Of a stretch of 64,000 nt of DNA, positions 30,130 through 45,433 are shown piece after piece. The notes under the pieces are model-generated. The model saw only the letters and a program-made list of their open reading frames with translations. It made no database searches and was not told the DNA's origin. Every line of letters begins with the position of its first letter. The first letter of the stretch is position 1. The stretch comes from Octopus vulgaris. Taxonomy: Eukaryota. The translations under genes were made by a program, and so were the position numbers. The stretch covers positions 43,896,001-43,960,000 of the forward strand of contig OX597838.1 of assembly GCA_951406725.2 (NCBI GenBank), written 5' to 3'.

Positions 30130-30197
30130 CATTATTATTATTATTATTATTATAATTAATGTTATTGCTATTATTATTATTATTATTATCATTATTG

Positions 30198-30228
<31 letters not shown>

Positions 30229-30232
<4 letters not shown>

Positions 30233-31903
30233 TAGTTTTATTTTTATTTTTATAGCGTGCTTTCACTTCACTACCGAGCACAGCTCTGTGTGCCTTGGGT
30301 TTGTGCTGTGATTTGTTGTGATGCTCTGATGGTTATTGTATGGAAAGTGTTCTGCGTAGGATGTGTGCAGTGCCCAGTAGTGCAATTTTCTGTATGTTAT
30401 ATGTGTTTGTAAGTCCTGGTGTTTTTGTTATGTATTTGTCTGAATATTTTTTTATCATGCCTAATGCACCTACTATGATAGGAATTGTTTCTGTTTTCAG
30501 ATTCCACATTCTAGTTACCTCTATTTCCAGGTCTTTGTATTTTGAGAGTTTCTCCATTTCTTTTAGAGACACGTTGTCATCTGCCGGTACTGATACATCA
30601 ATTAGAAAGCATTTTTTTCTTCATGGTCTCTGACAACTATATCTGGTCTGTTGGCCTTAATTTCTCTATCTGTGTGTATCGGCATATCCCAGAGTATGGT
30701 TGCTTTCTCGTTTTCTGTGACCTTTTCTGGTGTGTGCCTATACCATCTTTTTTCTGTTGTTATTCCATAATGTTGGCATAGCTTCCAATGTATGTAAGTT
30801 CCAACTCTGTCATGTCTGTGAATATATTCCTTCTTAGCCAGGACTGGGCAGCTAGAGATAATATGATTTATTGTTTCTTGTCCATCTCCACATATTCTGC
30901 AGTTACTTGTAATATTTCTTTTCATTACATGTTTTTGGTAATTTCTGGTGGGAGGCTTTGGTCTTGTGCTGCAATTAAAAATCCCTCTGTTTCTGCTTTG
31001 AGTCCTGAGCTTCTCAACCATTGCTGGGATTTTTCTTTGTCTATTTCTTTTGCGTTTAGTTTAGTCCAGTATTTACCATGAAGGGGCTTTTCTTGCCATC
31101 GTTTTATCATGGTTCTTTGCTGTTCTATTTTTAGTTTGGATTTCATTTTTTTTATAGCTTTTGTTGTTTCTTCATCTTCTTCTTCTTCTTCATGTTTATT
31201 AGGTGGTATGATTTCTTGTTTGTATTTGTCAGCTTCCTTAAATACTGAGAACAGTGTTTTGTTTTGCTCGTGTTTTGCCGCTATCTGGATCAGTTTTCCT
31301 TCCTTCTGAAGTAGATATTTTTGCAGTCCTATGGTGGTTATTTTATAGTAGTTTTCCAGCTGTATAAGGCCTCTACCACCTTCTATACGTTGTATATATA
31401 GTCTTTCTATGTCAGATTTTGGGTGATGCATCCTAGATCCTGTCATTATTTTTCTTGTTTTCCTGTCTATTTTGGTCAGTTCATTTCGTGTCCAGTTAAG
31501 GATATTGTAGCTGTAACTTATAACTGGGACAGCTAAAGTGTTGATACCTATTATCTTGTTTTTAGCATTGAGCTCTGTGTTTAGTATTGATCTAACTCGT
31601 CTATAATATTCTTTTTTATTTTCTCTTTCATTTGTGTGTGTTGTGTCTTATCTAGTTCATGGATTCCTAAGTATTTGTAAGTTTGGCTTTGGTCTAATTC
31701 TTTTATTTCATTTGCTTCATCTAGTGTGATGTTGTTACTCTTAACTAGTTTTCCTCTTTTCATGGTTACTTTGGCGCATTTTTCTAATCCAAATTTCATA
31801 TCTATTTCTTTGGTAAATCCATGAACTGTCTTTAATAGTGTTTCCAGCTGTTTGTCATTTGCAGCGTATAGTTTTAGGTCATCCATATATAAAAGGTGGC
31901 TGA

Positions 31904-31905
<2 letters not shown>
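30229..31905 (-). mobile_element. 5'-truncated R4/Dong-type LINE (copy 3, different subfamily)
   Basis: SHLLYMDDLKLYA, YKYLG, MHHPKSDIERLY, CRIC..ETINHIISSC, RHD, RPDIV, GTAHILRRTL; several frameshifts. Confidence 0.9.
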
Positions 31906-31934
<29 letters not shown>

Positions 31935-31950
31935 GCTATTATTATTATTA

Positions 31951-32027
<77 letters not shown>

Positions 32028-32085
32028 GCTATTATTATTATTATTATTATCATTATTATAATTATTATTATTATTATTATTATTA

Positions 32086-32125
<40 letters not shown>

Positions 32126-32135
32126 ATGTTATTGC

Positions 32136-32190
<55 letters not shown>

Positions 32191-32205
32191 GCTATTATTA
32201 TTATT

Positions 32206-32247
<42 letters not shown>

Positions 32248-32263
32248 GCTATTATTATTATTA

Positions 32264-32394
<131 letters not shown>

Positions 32395-32409
32395 GCTATT
32401 ATTATTATT

Positions 32410-32594
<185 letters not shown>

Positions 32595-32595
32595 G

Positions 32596-32673
<78 letters not shown>

Positions 32674-32675
32674 AT

Positions 32676-33502
32676 TGATCAGCATTTGGTAGCTTGAGGC
32701 CAATTTCTACTGCATCACTTGCTGCACCTCCGAGTTGCTGGGTAGTGAGCAGCATCGTGCGTTCTTTTCTGTTGTTAGGGGTGCGCAAACTCTTCCAGGT
32801 ATTTTACTTTGTTATTTTTCTCCTTGGGGTGTTATGCACTCCTTTGCTGTATTACTGCTTGTAGTGTATGTCGAGTGTGTAATGCGTTGGTTATACGGAT
32901 TGCTGGTGGGAGTTTATTTCAGTGGCTAATTACCATATAGTGTATGTCGTGTGTTTGTGAGTAATTTTGTTTAGGTTGTATTATTGAATTGATAAAGTCA
33001 TAAGTAGGATTTGGGTTGTTCCTAGAAGCTCTATATTTTGGATAGTGTGTAGTGTTGAGAATCCAGGTGTAGCTTCTATGTTTTTGTTCATATGTTTTTT
33101 TATCGTTCCTAATGCTCAAATTATTATTGGTATTGTTATCACCTTCATGCTCCACATATTGAATACATCAATTTCGAGATCTTTGTACTTTGACAATTTC
33201 TCTACTTCTTCTTAAGGCGGCGAGCTGGCAGAAACGGGAGCACGCCGGACGAAATGCTTAGCGGTGTTTCGTCTGTCTTTACGTTCTGAGTTCAAATTCC
33301 GCCGAGCACGACTTTGCTTTTCATCCTTTCAGAGTCGATAAATTAAGTACTAGTTGCGTACTGGAGTCGATCTAATCGACTGGATCCCTTCCCAATAATT
33401 TCGGGCCTTGTAGAATTTCTCCACTTCTTTTTGGACAATATTTTGAGCAGAAGGGACTGTAATGTTTATCAGTAAGCATGTGTTTTTTCGCAATCGCTGA
33501 TT
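32676..33502 (-). mobile_element. Short 3' fragment of an R4/Dong LINE (copy 4) interrupted by SINE C (~33211-33413)
   Basis: TCLLINITVP..KEVEK / KLSKYKDLEI..MW motifs; 16-bp TSD aatttctc(t/c)acttctt at 33195-33210 and 33414-33429. Confidence 0.75.
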
Positions 33503-33728
33503 TCTTCTTCTTCTTCTTCTTCTTCTTCTTCTTCTTCTTCTTCTTCTTCTTCTTCTTCTTCTTCTTCTTCTTCTTCTTCTTCTTCTTCTTCTTCTTCTTC
33601 TTCTTCTTCTTCTTCTTCTTCTTCTATGAGAAATTATTAATCTAGGATCCAGATATCTTACTAAATGTACCACCGAGCACAGCTCTCTCTATCTCTTTTG
33701 CTTTCTCCTTCACTTCACATCTTTTCTC

Positions 33729-33759
<31 letters not shown>

Positions 33760-34277
33760 TTCTCACTGTCCCTTCCTCTGTCCCTCTCTCTCTCTCTCTC
33801 TCTGTCTTTCGTACGTGCTTTTGCTTTTGTTCTTTTAGTCTATATAACCTACACTGCATTAGTATGTTCTTCATGTCCTTGTTGTTATTATTATTGTCCA
33901 CCACCTCCTCTTCTTCCTCCTCCTCCTCCTCCTCCTCCTCCTCATCATCATCATCATCATCGTCATCATTCTCATTAATGTTGTTTTAATTATATCAATC
34001 CAAAGTGTTTTCTTACTCACCCACCAACACTGCTGCTAATTCTGTGCTTCAAATGCATTTCTTAATGTGCATGTGTATGTGTGCAACATGCATGCAGTTT
34101 CTCTCGGTGCACCCTGCGCTCAATACTTTTTTTAATGTCTTCTTAATAACTGCTTCGGCCCCTCCAAACTCTGTAAATAAGTTTTCATGCACAAAGTAAT
34201 GCTTTGTTCGGTAAAATATAATCGTTGTTAACGACGCACAAGACAATGTAGTTGAAGGATAGAGGGCGTTATGCAAT

Positions 34278-34691
34278 TATCAATATCATCACCACTACCA
34301 CCGTCATCACCACTACCACCGTCATCATCATCACTACTACCATCATCATCTTCATCATCATCATCATCACTACTACCATCATCATCTTCATCATCATCAT
34401 CATCACTACTACCATCATCACCACTACCACCGTCATCATCCTCATCATCACTACTACCATCATCCTCTTCATCATCATCATCATCACTACTACCATCATC
34501 ATCTTCATCATCAGTAGCAGCAGCAGTAGCATGATCATGGATATCATCATCATCATTTTCATTGTCATCATCATCGTCGTCTTCATCATCATCATCTCGT
34601 CATCGTTATTGTCACCATCATCATCATCATCATCATCATCCTCACCACCACCACGATCATCATCATCATCATCATCATCACCACCACCACC

Positions 34692-34725
<34 letters not shown>

Positions 34726-34906
34726 TCATCATCCTCACCACCACCACGATCATCATCATCACCACCACCACCACCACCATCACCATCACTATCATCACCA
34801 CCACCATCATCATCATCATCATCATCATCCTCACCACCACCACGATCATCATCATCACCACCACCACCACCACCATCACCATCACCATCACTATCATCAC
34901 CACCAC

Positions 34907-34968
<62 letters not shown>

Positions 34969-34980
34969 CCATCATCATCA
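34278..34980. repeat. Compound (CAT)n/(CAC)n microsatellite with higher-order repeats
   Basis: Visible; gives spurious His/Asp/Ser-rich ORFs. Confidence 0.9.
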
Positions 34981-35390
34981 GTAGCAGTTGCAGCATCAAA
35001 TAAACCCCTGTTTCGAGTCCCATGACTTACAGAGCCAGGTGTCCGGTTCACTCCGCGCATACGTGACCAGGATGTCAACCATTCCAGCATGACTGGACGC
35101 AAGTCGTCCATAGAGTTACACATTTATAGCTCAGTGGACTGAAGCACATCGAAATGAAATGCTTTTTTCAAAAAACACAACGAACCCCACGGCCCTGGAA
35201 GCAAAACCATTACCTTGCGACCGTGAATACGACATTGCAACCACTTGGCCACCTGCCTTACGTGGCATATAAGCAACCACTATATACCTCAGTATATTAC
35301 TGGTACTCTTATTACTTGTTAAACTTGGGAAACATATCCAGAAAAGTCACCTACTAGAATCTAGATATGTATAATCTACATGCCTAACAA

Positions 35391-35945
35391 TTCGGTTGTC
35401 CGGAAAGTTCGTGCCGATTTTTAAAGGAAAGAAAAAAATCAATAAATACTTGCCATTAGATTTTTAATCAACCAAATATGAACCATTTTGTTGCAGAATG
35501 CATCTCCCTCTTTCCTTTAAATCGAAAATACCCTCTTCCCAGAAATGAGGTGGTTTCATGGCAAAGAATTCATCAAGATATCTTTTTACGTCATCCAAGG
35601 AATTGAAATTTTTACCATTAAGACTATTCTGCAGAAACCAGAATAAGTGGAAATCCAAAGGAGCAATATCTGGTGAATATGGAAAGTTGGGTAACACATC
35701 CCAGCCGAGCTGCAGCAATTTTTGTCTGGTTCCTAAAGCATCAAGTGCTGAAAATGAACTTTCCTATCTTCCATTTTAAAGGGTTACAAAATTAACACAA
35801 GTTATAGGAATATGAAGCTTCTTCCACGAAAACTGTGCTCTAAATGGAGGTGTAGCCAAATCCTATTTTATGGACTCAATCAAGTTCTAAAATAAGTCGA
35901 AAGGGAAGCTATTACAAATCGGCACAAACTTTCCGGACAACCCGA
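35391..35945 (-). mobile_element. Internally deleted mariner element
   Basis: ~29-bp TIRs (ggttgtccggaaagttcgtgccgattt / aaatcggcacaaactttccggacaacc); transposase C-terminus PYSPDIAPLDFHLF; TA at right end. Confidence 0.88.
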
Positions 35946-36367
35946 TACAAAGATATCGCAGTGGTTTCATGCGGTTAAAACTGACTCGAACATATAACAT
36001 TCTACTGTGAACTAAACACATTAACCACTAGGTCACACAACTTTATAGAAGTTCCTGCATGCAGGAAAATTATTATTCTCAGCAGAACAGAAAAATGCTG
36101 TTATACGTCAGATGGCTTTAGAAATTAAATTTTGATTTCAAATTTTAGTACAACGCCAGTAATTTCGGGGGTGCAGGTGGGGTCTGAGTCTATTACATTG
36201 ACCTTAGTGTATTAGTAGTACTTATGTTATCGGATGAAAGACAAAGTTGACCTCGGCGGAATTTGAACTCAGAACTACGGTAGGCTCGTGCTGACCAATG
36301 CCATGTGAGTGGACTTGGTAGACGGAAACTGTAAGAAGCCCGTCATATACATGAGTATATGTTTGGG

Positions 36368-36398
<31 letters not shown>

Positions 36399-36527
36399 TT
36401 GACTCCACCACCGCTTGACAACCGTAACTTAGTGGTTGGACGATAACGATCGCTAGAATAAGTATTAAGCTTTAAAAAATAGTATTGAGGTCGATTTATT
36501 CGACCAAAAATTATTCAAGGTGGTGCA

Positions 36528-36756
<229 letters not shown>

Positions 36757-36757
36757 A

Positions 36758-37310
36758 TGCCAGGTCACTTTCGAGTGCTACTGGTAACATGTAACACAGT
36801 ACAACCTGTTGCATGGTCGGGTCGTCGACGACTAAACCGGCAACCCCACCAAGCTTGCTTGGCGAGGAGGGTGTTTACTGGACACCCTGCAGGATGAAAA
36901 ACAAAACCCGTCAAAGGGCAGAGGAACTCTTGAGAGTCAACGGCCATCCAATAAATGTCTTAAGGCTGTATCATGTGCGGGGACATAGAAATAATCGGAC
37001 TGAATACCCGATCGCGCGGTTAAACCATTTGGGAGTGAAGGACTCCTAGCCTTTGTTAGGGCATCCTTCTAGGAGAAGGTAACTCAGGTAACTGGGATAC
37101 CTCCGACATAAAACCTGCGGCTCAGTGGTTAGCGATGATGTCGACTTGTTCTTCTTTTCGGATTATGGCTGCTGTTGCTTAGTGAGTGGGATTGACTCAG
37201 TGCACAGCCTTTCCTCACTTAAAAAAAAATCTTCTTGCACAGGCATTGCATGATAACAACATTGATTAAGCTTCGTGCAATGGCCATACTCGATAACGAG
37301 GGGGCAACCA

Positions 37311-37312
<2 letters not shown>
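36758..37312. mobile_element. Non-coding dispersed repeat in (TA)n, possibly RTE-derived
   Basis: Shares segments with 41920-42010 (inverted), 9078-9103 and, more loosely, 8882-8975/41375-41467. Confidence 0.5.
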
Positions 37313-37360
<48 letters not shown>

Positions 37361-37672
37361 CAATATATATATATATATATATATATAAACAATATATATA
37401 TATATAAACAATTCCTGAATTGAACTGCGACTGCTGTCCGCCACTGACCATTCAAAATACGACCATCAAGGCATCCCCAGATTTCCCCACCCCCTCTCCA
37501 CATCAGCCTTCTGCTTCTCCTACCAAGAACTCACAACGACCTCGAACACACAAGTGCAAACAAGGGAGTCAGAGAAAGGCAGAATGCCACTTATATCTGA
37601 ACACTACTATAGAAATATTTCCTTAAAAAAACTTTTCTTCTAATTTTTCTAAATTTAATTATTTAATCGTTA

Positions 37673-37710
37673 CAGTTGAAAAGGTCTCAAAATGACCGAA
37701 ACCGGTACTG
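37673..37710 (+). ncRNA. Minimal hammerhead, U3-A8 variant, in (TA)n-flanked island 37408-37765
   Basis: cag-TTGAAAA-ggtc tcaaaat gacc-GAAA-ccgg-TA-ctg; island 3' end resembles 9705-9742 (-). Confidence 0.8.
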
Positions 37711-37796
37711 AAAGATTCACTATAAAATTATCTTAGCATTTTCTATTTTTGACTTGTTTTTTCATATATATATTTATATATATATATATATATATT

Positions 37797-37838
<42 letters not shown>

Positions 37839-37892
37839 TTATTATATATATATATATTTATTATATATATGTATGTATATATATATATTTAA

Positions 37893-38030
<138 letters not shown>

Positions 38031-38919
38031 TTCAGCATGACTGTGTCAACAAATTTCTAATTCAAAAACTAGTTCCTCGCACGAATCCGATAGGAAACGC
38101 GGGCCCAAAGGACACCGTCGTGGAGTCGAACATAAAAGCAGGCGGATGTGGAAATGATCTTAAACACACACACACACACAGCTAAGACTCGATGATGACA
38201 TATATATATTCGCTGTGTTTTTCTAATCCACAAAATGATAATTATCAGAAACAGCATCATTTCCATACGAGAAATATCTTTTAAGAGAGTAAAAAGAAAG
38301 AAAATAAGCGATATTTGTATATCAGTAAATCAGTAAGACAGAACAATTAACTTCCTGTTGGGTGGGTGGGGTGGGGGAATGCGATGTACTTTCTACTATT
38401 AAAATTCAATAAAACCTTGGAAACCAGATGAGCCTCGTTATCACCCCTGACCTCGTTTTCAGAATCAGCTCGGGAACGCTTGATTGAATTACATAATATT
38501 TCAGCAGATATGATAAAAATCGATGCACGATTTCTCCGAAATATTTACTCTATGTAATCAAAGGCACAAAGGAGGAAAATTAAAAACACACACACACTAA
38601 AACACATATGGAGTACCAGCTATATGGAGACAAACAAGCATATATACACACATATATATATGTATACATATATATATATATACATAGATTTACATATGTG
38701 TATATACATATGTATATATATATACATACATATGTATATATATAAATACAAATATAATATAAACGTACTATATATTTATATATGTATATGTATACACACA
38801 CATATATGTATGTATATATATCTGGATACTCACGTACATATATTCATGTAGGTAGAAATATTAATATGCATAAATATATGAATTTTAATTAATATATATA
38901 TATACATACAAATATATAC

Positions 38920-38986
<67 letters not shown>

Positions 38987-39166
38987 ATATATATATATAA
39001 GATCAGCAACAATTTAGATTCAAATGAATATGGTACTTAATTTAGATGCACAAGAATTTTGTATAGTGTTACCCATAAAAATATGCGGGGTGATTATAAT
39101 AAAAAAATATGCAACAAGAATGGATATATATATATGTATGAATGTATATATATGCATGTATATATA

Positions 39167-39245
<79 letters not shown>

Positions 39246-39926
39246 AAATGTATCTGTGTGTGTATTTATGTATGTGTGTCTTTGTGTCTGTGCTTGTACC
39301 ACCACCATCGCTTGAGAACCAATGTTTGTGTGTATATGTCCGCCAAACGTAGCGGTTCAGTAAAAGGGACCGATAAAATAAGTACTAGTCTTACAAAGAA
39401 TAAGTGCTGGGGTCAATCTCTTCGACTGAAGGCGGTGTTCCAGCATGGCCGCAGTCAAATAAATGAAACGGGTAAAAGAGTTAAAAGCGTTATGTACACA
39501 TCTATGACACACTGTTTATGAAATATTCTTATCATATTTACGATGCTAGATTTTCGTATTCCCAGAATATATCTTTTGGCATTAGGATGTTTACATTGCT
39601 CTGAGTTTTGCCTTCAAATATCTCTTTTACCATTCGGACCTGAAGCTTTGTGATGCGCGTCAACACATTTCTGATAACGTTTTCTCATTAATAATACACA
39701 GCATTCCCATTTGAATCCACGTGTCAATCGCTTGAAAGATCTGAATTAAGATACCGGAAAGTAATAATGACGTGCGAAGAAAGCCGGGATAGATATTAAT
39801 ATTTGTGTACAGGCAGGCTTACACCCCGCCCCCAATACATACACACACAAACACAAACACTCACACACAGACACACACACGCGCACAGTCACATATATAT
39901 GTATGCCTACATATATACATATGCAC

Positions 39927-40160
39927 GTGGAGGCGCATGGCTTAGTGGTTAGGGTGTTAGCACCATGATCGTAAGATTGTGGTTTCGATTCCTGGACCGG
40001 GCGGCGCGTTGTGTTCTTGAGCAAAACACTTCATTTCACTCAGCTGGCAAAAATGAGTAACGCTGCGATGGACTGGCGTCCCGTCCAGCTGGGGAACACA
40101 TACGCCATCGGGAACCCGGGCCCATGTGCCTGGCTAGGCTTTAAAAAGGGCGCATTTATT
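39927..40160 (+). mobile_element. tRNA-derived SINE (B-type head); related heads at ~40225 and ~56330
   Basis: GTGGAGGCGCATGGCTTAGTGGTTAGG...GGTTTCGATTCC. Confidence 0.7.
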
Positions 40161-40559
40161 TTATTTTATATACATATGCACGCAGGCAAATACAAATAGA
40201 TCCATATATAAATCCATGCGGGTTCATGGCCTAGTGTTTAGTGTGCTGCCCTCACGATGTAGCGGTCATGATTTCAATTCCTAGACCGGATGGTGCGTTG
40301 TGTTCTTGGGCAAAATACTTCATCTCACGTTGCTTTGCGATCACTTCGACACCTGACGCGTGGCACACAGTGTCACCTTTTCAGACAATGTCGATTTGAT
40401 GGAAAGAGTGAGCTAATGTGGGGCACGAACATCTGATCACTATAAACGAATCTTTTGTGTCAGTCGTTTGGCAAAGCGGAACGCCCATACGTGGAGGTCA
40501 TTCAAGGTATACCTCACACATGGTTCCAGCAAGATGGCGAAACTGCTCATACCGCAAGA

Positions 40560-40765
40560 GAAATAATGCAGTTGCTACGGTAGTGCTTAGGAGAGAGAAT
40601 AATCGCCCTTTAAGCCCGTCCAGACTTGACTAGCCCGGATTTTTCCTTGTGGGGTTACCTGAAAGAGGTTCGCATCAACAAACCGGGCACTCTGGTGCAA
40701 CCGAAGGAGAACGTCAATAGAGAAATCAGAGAAGTGGGGTCTGAAACTCGTGAGAGTGTTAAGCG
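40560..40765 (+). pseudogene. Tc1/mariner transposase C-terminal remnant
   Basis: PDLTSPDFSLWGYLK motif. Confidence 0.65.
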
Positions 40766-40770
40766 AGGTC

Positions 40771-41170
40771 ATTACCTCTGCCAAGGAAGGAGGTTATGTT
40801 TTCATCGGCGTTGGCTTGTCCGTCTGAGTGCAAAAGAACTCAAAATGCTTTAAACGGTATTTGATGAAACTTGCAGGAAAAGTTGGTAATGACACAAGGA
40901 ACAGATAAGGAAATTTTGGTAGTGATCCTGGAATTTTTATGGATTCTAAAAGGATTTTTCCTTTGTTATTTCTACTTTACATGAAGTATTAGTTACGTTC
41001 TTTGATTATCTCCCTTGAAAAAACATTTATCGTTTTTCATACGTGACGTAATATTGTTCCAAAATTTGACTTGTGCGCATTAATTTCCATTGTGTCCTTT
41101 ATATTGTATCAACATTCCATGCATTTATCCGTAAAGTTAAGGACGTTATTAGAAATTGAAACCCATTAGT
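40771..41170 (+). mobile_element. Possible Helentron-associated (DINE/HINE-like) non-autonomous element
   Basis: Starts attacctctgccaaggaaggaggttatgttttc, followed by tgtccgtctg and gatgaaactt, a pattern I recognise from such repeats; right end uncertain. Confidence 0.4.
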
Positions 41171-41185
41171 GACTTTGGGGATACG

Positions 41186-41238
<53 letters not shown>

Positions 41239-42023
41239 CTTATTTATAGTTTTAAATAATTATTACCTTTGTATGTTATTTATTCCCATGCTGGCCACTT
41301 GATAAGATCGATATTCAAATATCGATATTATCCTTATATATATATATATATTGTGTGTGTGTGTATACCTATGTGATGGCTGCAAGCTCGTGGTCGAGTA
41401 TCGCCATCGCCTGATCGAAAGTCCTACACATGCGAAGGCTATGACCAGCCATTTTTCGTGATAGGTTTTACTTTTTTTTTACAAGCGATGCTTGTACATA
41501 AACATGGACATGGACAACATAAACTCGAAATGAACTAGTCTACATCATCGAATATTGTAAGTGTCGCAGCTTTTCCCTCGGAGTTTTCCTCTCCTAGAGA
41601 GATGTTGTGACAGCAGCAGAAGGGCCTCCTACTCCCAGTGGGGCCTTCGTGCGCTTGGACACAAACCCAGGTATTTCCACGTTCCCGCGCATGCATGCAT
41701 GCATACATACATACATACATACATACATACATGCATACATACATACATGCATACATACATGCATACATACATACATACATACATACATACATACATACAT
41801 ACATACATACATACATACACACACATATGTACACATATTGTTGAATGGCTGTTGATGCTAATGAGTTCTTCCATCTTTTGACACCGCAGGGAGTCCAACA
41901 AACACACTCATCACCAAGGAAGTTGCCAGTTTAGTCGCCGACGATCTGACCATGCAACAGATTGTTACGTGGGTTACATGTTACCAGTAGCGCCCAAGAG
42001 CGTCCTGACGTATATACTCATAT

Positions 42024-42093
<70 letters not shown>

Positions 42094-42457
42094 TAAACAA
42101 GTTGAAAATAATGGTTATTACATATAATTCCTTTATTAGATTAAATTTGACTTGCAGCTGTTTCCAGTAGTCATTGTATGTGCATCATTGACAGGTTGAC
42201 GCAGTTGGTCTATTGATCAATTGAGGTAAATTGAACGACTTCAGAAAATTTCTGCTAATTTCGTCAGACTCATTGCTGAAAATAACAAGCTGAGCCCTTG
42301 AAGAATGGGGAAGGTGGGGGGAAAGATTGAAATGTTTAAGTAGAATAGGTGGAGGCAGGTTACAAGGACGTGGGGACAATTGAGGGAGTGGTTCTTAGTA
42401 GAAGTAGCAGTAGTAGTATGAATAGTCACAAACATAGGTCAGCACCCATTATTATTG

Positions 42458-42500
<43 letters not shown>

Positions 42501-42557
42501 ATATATATATGTATATATATATACACACACACACGCACGAACACACAGACACACACA

Positions 42558-42640
<83 letters not shown>

Positions 42641-43120
42641 GAAGAAATCATAGTGAGGAGAATTATAGAAATAACCAGTAATAAGCGAAATACAATTTCA
42701 GCGCAGAGATTCAGGATGCCAAGGTCAAACAAATAATCTATAAAAATAAATTATAAATAAAAACAACCAATGTTCTTATCTTAAATGTCATCAGATACAA
42801 ACAAGCAGTTCGTGTCGCAGAAAGACCCGGCTGCAGACCTTAAAGTACATACTATAAACGCCGTTACGGAGAGGGGCAATGGGATATTCTTTGAACTGTC
42901 TCATAAATTATCGAAAAACAATTAGTTGTTGCAAAACATGGTATATGCTAATGTAATTCAATTAAGCAATAGCTTGAAATAAAATAGCCACGGAGCTGGT
43001 CAATGTTTATTGATTAACAGACAGAAATTTTGAGGAGTGCAACTTCAGGACAACAGGATTTAACATAATAAAGAAACAACAATGGACAGGAAAAAAATTC
43101 ACAAAGCATAACATATTAAG

Positions 43121-43207
<87 letters not shown>

Positions 43208-43314
43208 CTACATGAGCTCATATACTACATATACTACATGGGCTCTTAAGGAGCGTTTTTGTTCGATTTGCTGGCTGCGACTTTGTTTTGTTCGGACATC
43301 GTAATTCCTGGATT

Positions 43315-43394
43315 TTCCTGAAGAGAAAGCTGCAATATGGTATCCTTATTCAATCAGAATTTGGAAAATTGTGGCCTTTGAAACATGTGTAGAA
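43315..43394 (+). ncRNA. Hammerhead with extended helix II in island 43200-43452
   Basis: ttc-CTGAAGA-gaaagctgcaat...attgtggccttt-GAAA-catgtg-TA-gaa. Confidence 0.7.
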
Positions 43395-43474
43395 TGCAAT
43401 AAAAGGAATTCTGTACAATCTTCGTTCAACTCCATTTCTTCCATTCACTAATTATATATATATATATATATATA

Positions 43475-43855
43475 CTAGCAGTATCGCCCGGCGTTGCTCG
43501 GGTTTGTAAGGGAAATAACTATAAAGCATTTTTAGAGAGTTATAGCCAAAAAATAGCAAAAAAATGGAAAAAAATGATGGTAAATTTTTTTGAGAGTAAA
43601 AAAGGTGGAGTTGCGTCCCCTAGACGGTTTGCGGTTTGTGTTTCTGATTCTCGACCCCATGTCGAATTTATCGATTTTTTCAGAACTGGGGGAACTTTTC
43701 AAAATTTTCGCTGCGTTAGTTTTGAATTATGACATTGGGCTATGTGTGTGTCAAGTTTCATCAGAATCGGTTGAAAGCCGTGGTCAGGGTGAGGGTACAA
43801 GCAAACAGACACACAGAAACACGCACAGACAAACTGCCGTTTATATATAGAGAGA
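43475..43855 (-). mobile_element. Non-autonomous Helitron
   Basis: Minus strand A|TCTCTCTATATATAAA...CCCGAGCAACGCCGGG hairpin...CTAG|T; no TSD. Confidence 0.85.
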
Positions 43856-44010
43856 TATATATACATATATATATATAAGTTCAGCAAAATTTAGATTCAA
43901 ATGAATATGGTACTTAAGTTAGATGTACCAGAATTTTGTATGGTATTATCCATATAAATCCATGGGGTGATTATAATCAAAAATAAGCAACAAGAATAAC
44001 TTCGGTAATT

Positions 44011-44094
44011 TAGTACGATCGTTTCACGCTACATCATTTTATTAAATATTGTAAGTATTACAACAGTTTTAAAATGTTGAGCAATCATCAGCCA
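44011..44094 (-). ncRNA. Hammerhead with long helix II in pLTR-like island (~43878-44200; partial copy 39003-39121)
   Basis: Minus strand: tgg-CTGATGA-ttgctcaacatttt...aaaatgatgtagcgt-GAAA-cgatcg-TA-cta. Confidence 0.75.
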
Positions 44095-44209
44095 TTTATA
44101 GAGGTTTTCCATTAATACATAATTTTCACATCAATTGATAACATTATAGAGAACGTAGATATATAGACAAAGATGTCGATTTAGAACATTAAGGTAGTAG
44201 AGTATATCT

Positions 44210-45278
44210 TCTGACTGAAGAATATTCATTTACAAGAGTAACTAGTAGCAACTCTTTTGACAACGGAAAAGATTTTAACCTCTAAGGAAAGTCATGCTGG
44301 TATCGTTACTACACTTCATTATGGTGCCCCAGTTGTAGCAACAGTGCAGATATGTGGGTAGCTGAATTTAGGGGGTGAACGGAGGGTTGGATGTCCTGAA
44401 ATTGTCACTACCGTGTAAAACACTGATCATGTTCATCACATGGCAACGGATGATAGGCATTGAGTATAAATCAAGTAGCCGACGATATTAGAATATCCCG
44501 AGAGAATGTTGAGAATATTCTGCAGAATGAACTCGGCAAGACCAAAGCTTCTAATCAACGGCTGCCATGTCTTCTGACACCTGGCTGATAATACCACGGG
44601 GAAATCTGATATTGAGGCAGATCCAGCCGGTTTCCTTAAACGTTTCCCAACCCACAATGAGTGTTAGGGGTTATCACTTTGAGCCAGAAACGAGGATACA
44701 ATCCATGAAGTAAAGACACCTCTCCTCACCTGCTTCAAGGACGACCAAAGTCGTTTCATCAGTAAGAAATGTTATGGTCTCAGTTTTTTGGGATGCAAAA
44801 GGCACTGTGCTTATTCATTGTCTTCAAGAGGACCAAACCATCAATAGAGAATGCTATGCCAACTTGCTGAGGTAGTTAAGAAAGACTATCAAGACCAAAC
44901 ACCCAGGAAAACTGAATGATCAGGGCAATGCTCCAGCACACAAGTCCTTCGGCTGATGTACGACTTTGAATTGGGTTATCGGTTTCCCTATTCTCCTGAT
45001 TTGGCCTCATCTAGTAATCATCCGTTCCCAACATGAACCCCTCCCCAAACAATTGGCAAAGAACCAGTATCGCAGTGATGATGACGTCGTATCTACTGTT
45101 GTTGAACTTTTTGACTAGCAGAATGAAAGCTTCTTCACCAATGGAATCAGAGCACCCTGACACCGATAGATGAAGAGTGTGGAGCGCAAGGGGTCCTCTG
45201 TTGGAAAATAAACCTTGTTCAGTCACATTCTAGCAGAATATCTCTTTCAGCCTATAAACATTTCAGCTGACCCTCGTA
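44210..45278 (+). mobile_element. Decayed mariner transposon
   Basis: WLPCLLT, HFEPET, VMVSVFWDAKG, QGNAPAHKS, PYSPDLA motifs; right end ...gaccctcgTA; left end uncertain. Confidence 0.85.
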
Positions 45279-45369
45279 TGTTTGTATATGTGGATATATA
45301 TGTATATATACTAGTCCTCTATATTTGGCTCCATACACACACACAAACACACACACACATACATAATAC

Positions 45370-45433
<64 letters not shown>

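Noticed and set aside
36758-36845. Possible HDV-like ribozyme at the start of the RTE-like repeat
   Set aside because: Could not build the nested double pseudoknot by eye
42143-42273. Minus-strand CTGACGA...GAAACAGCTGCA
   Set aside because: Helix II not convincing and U16.1 missing
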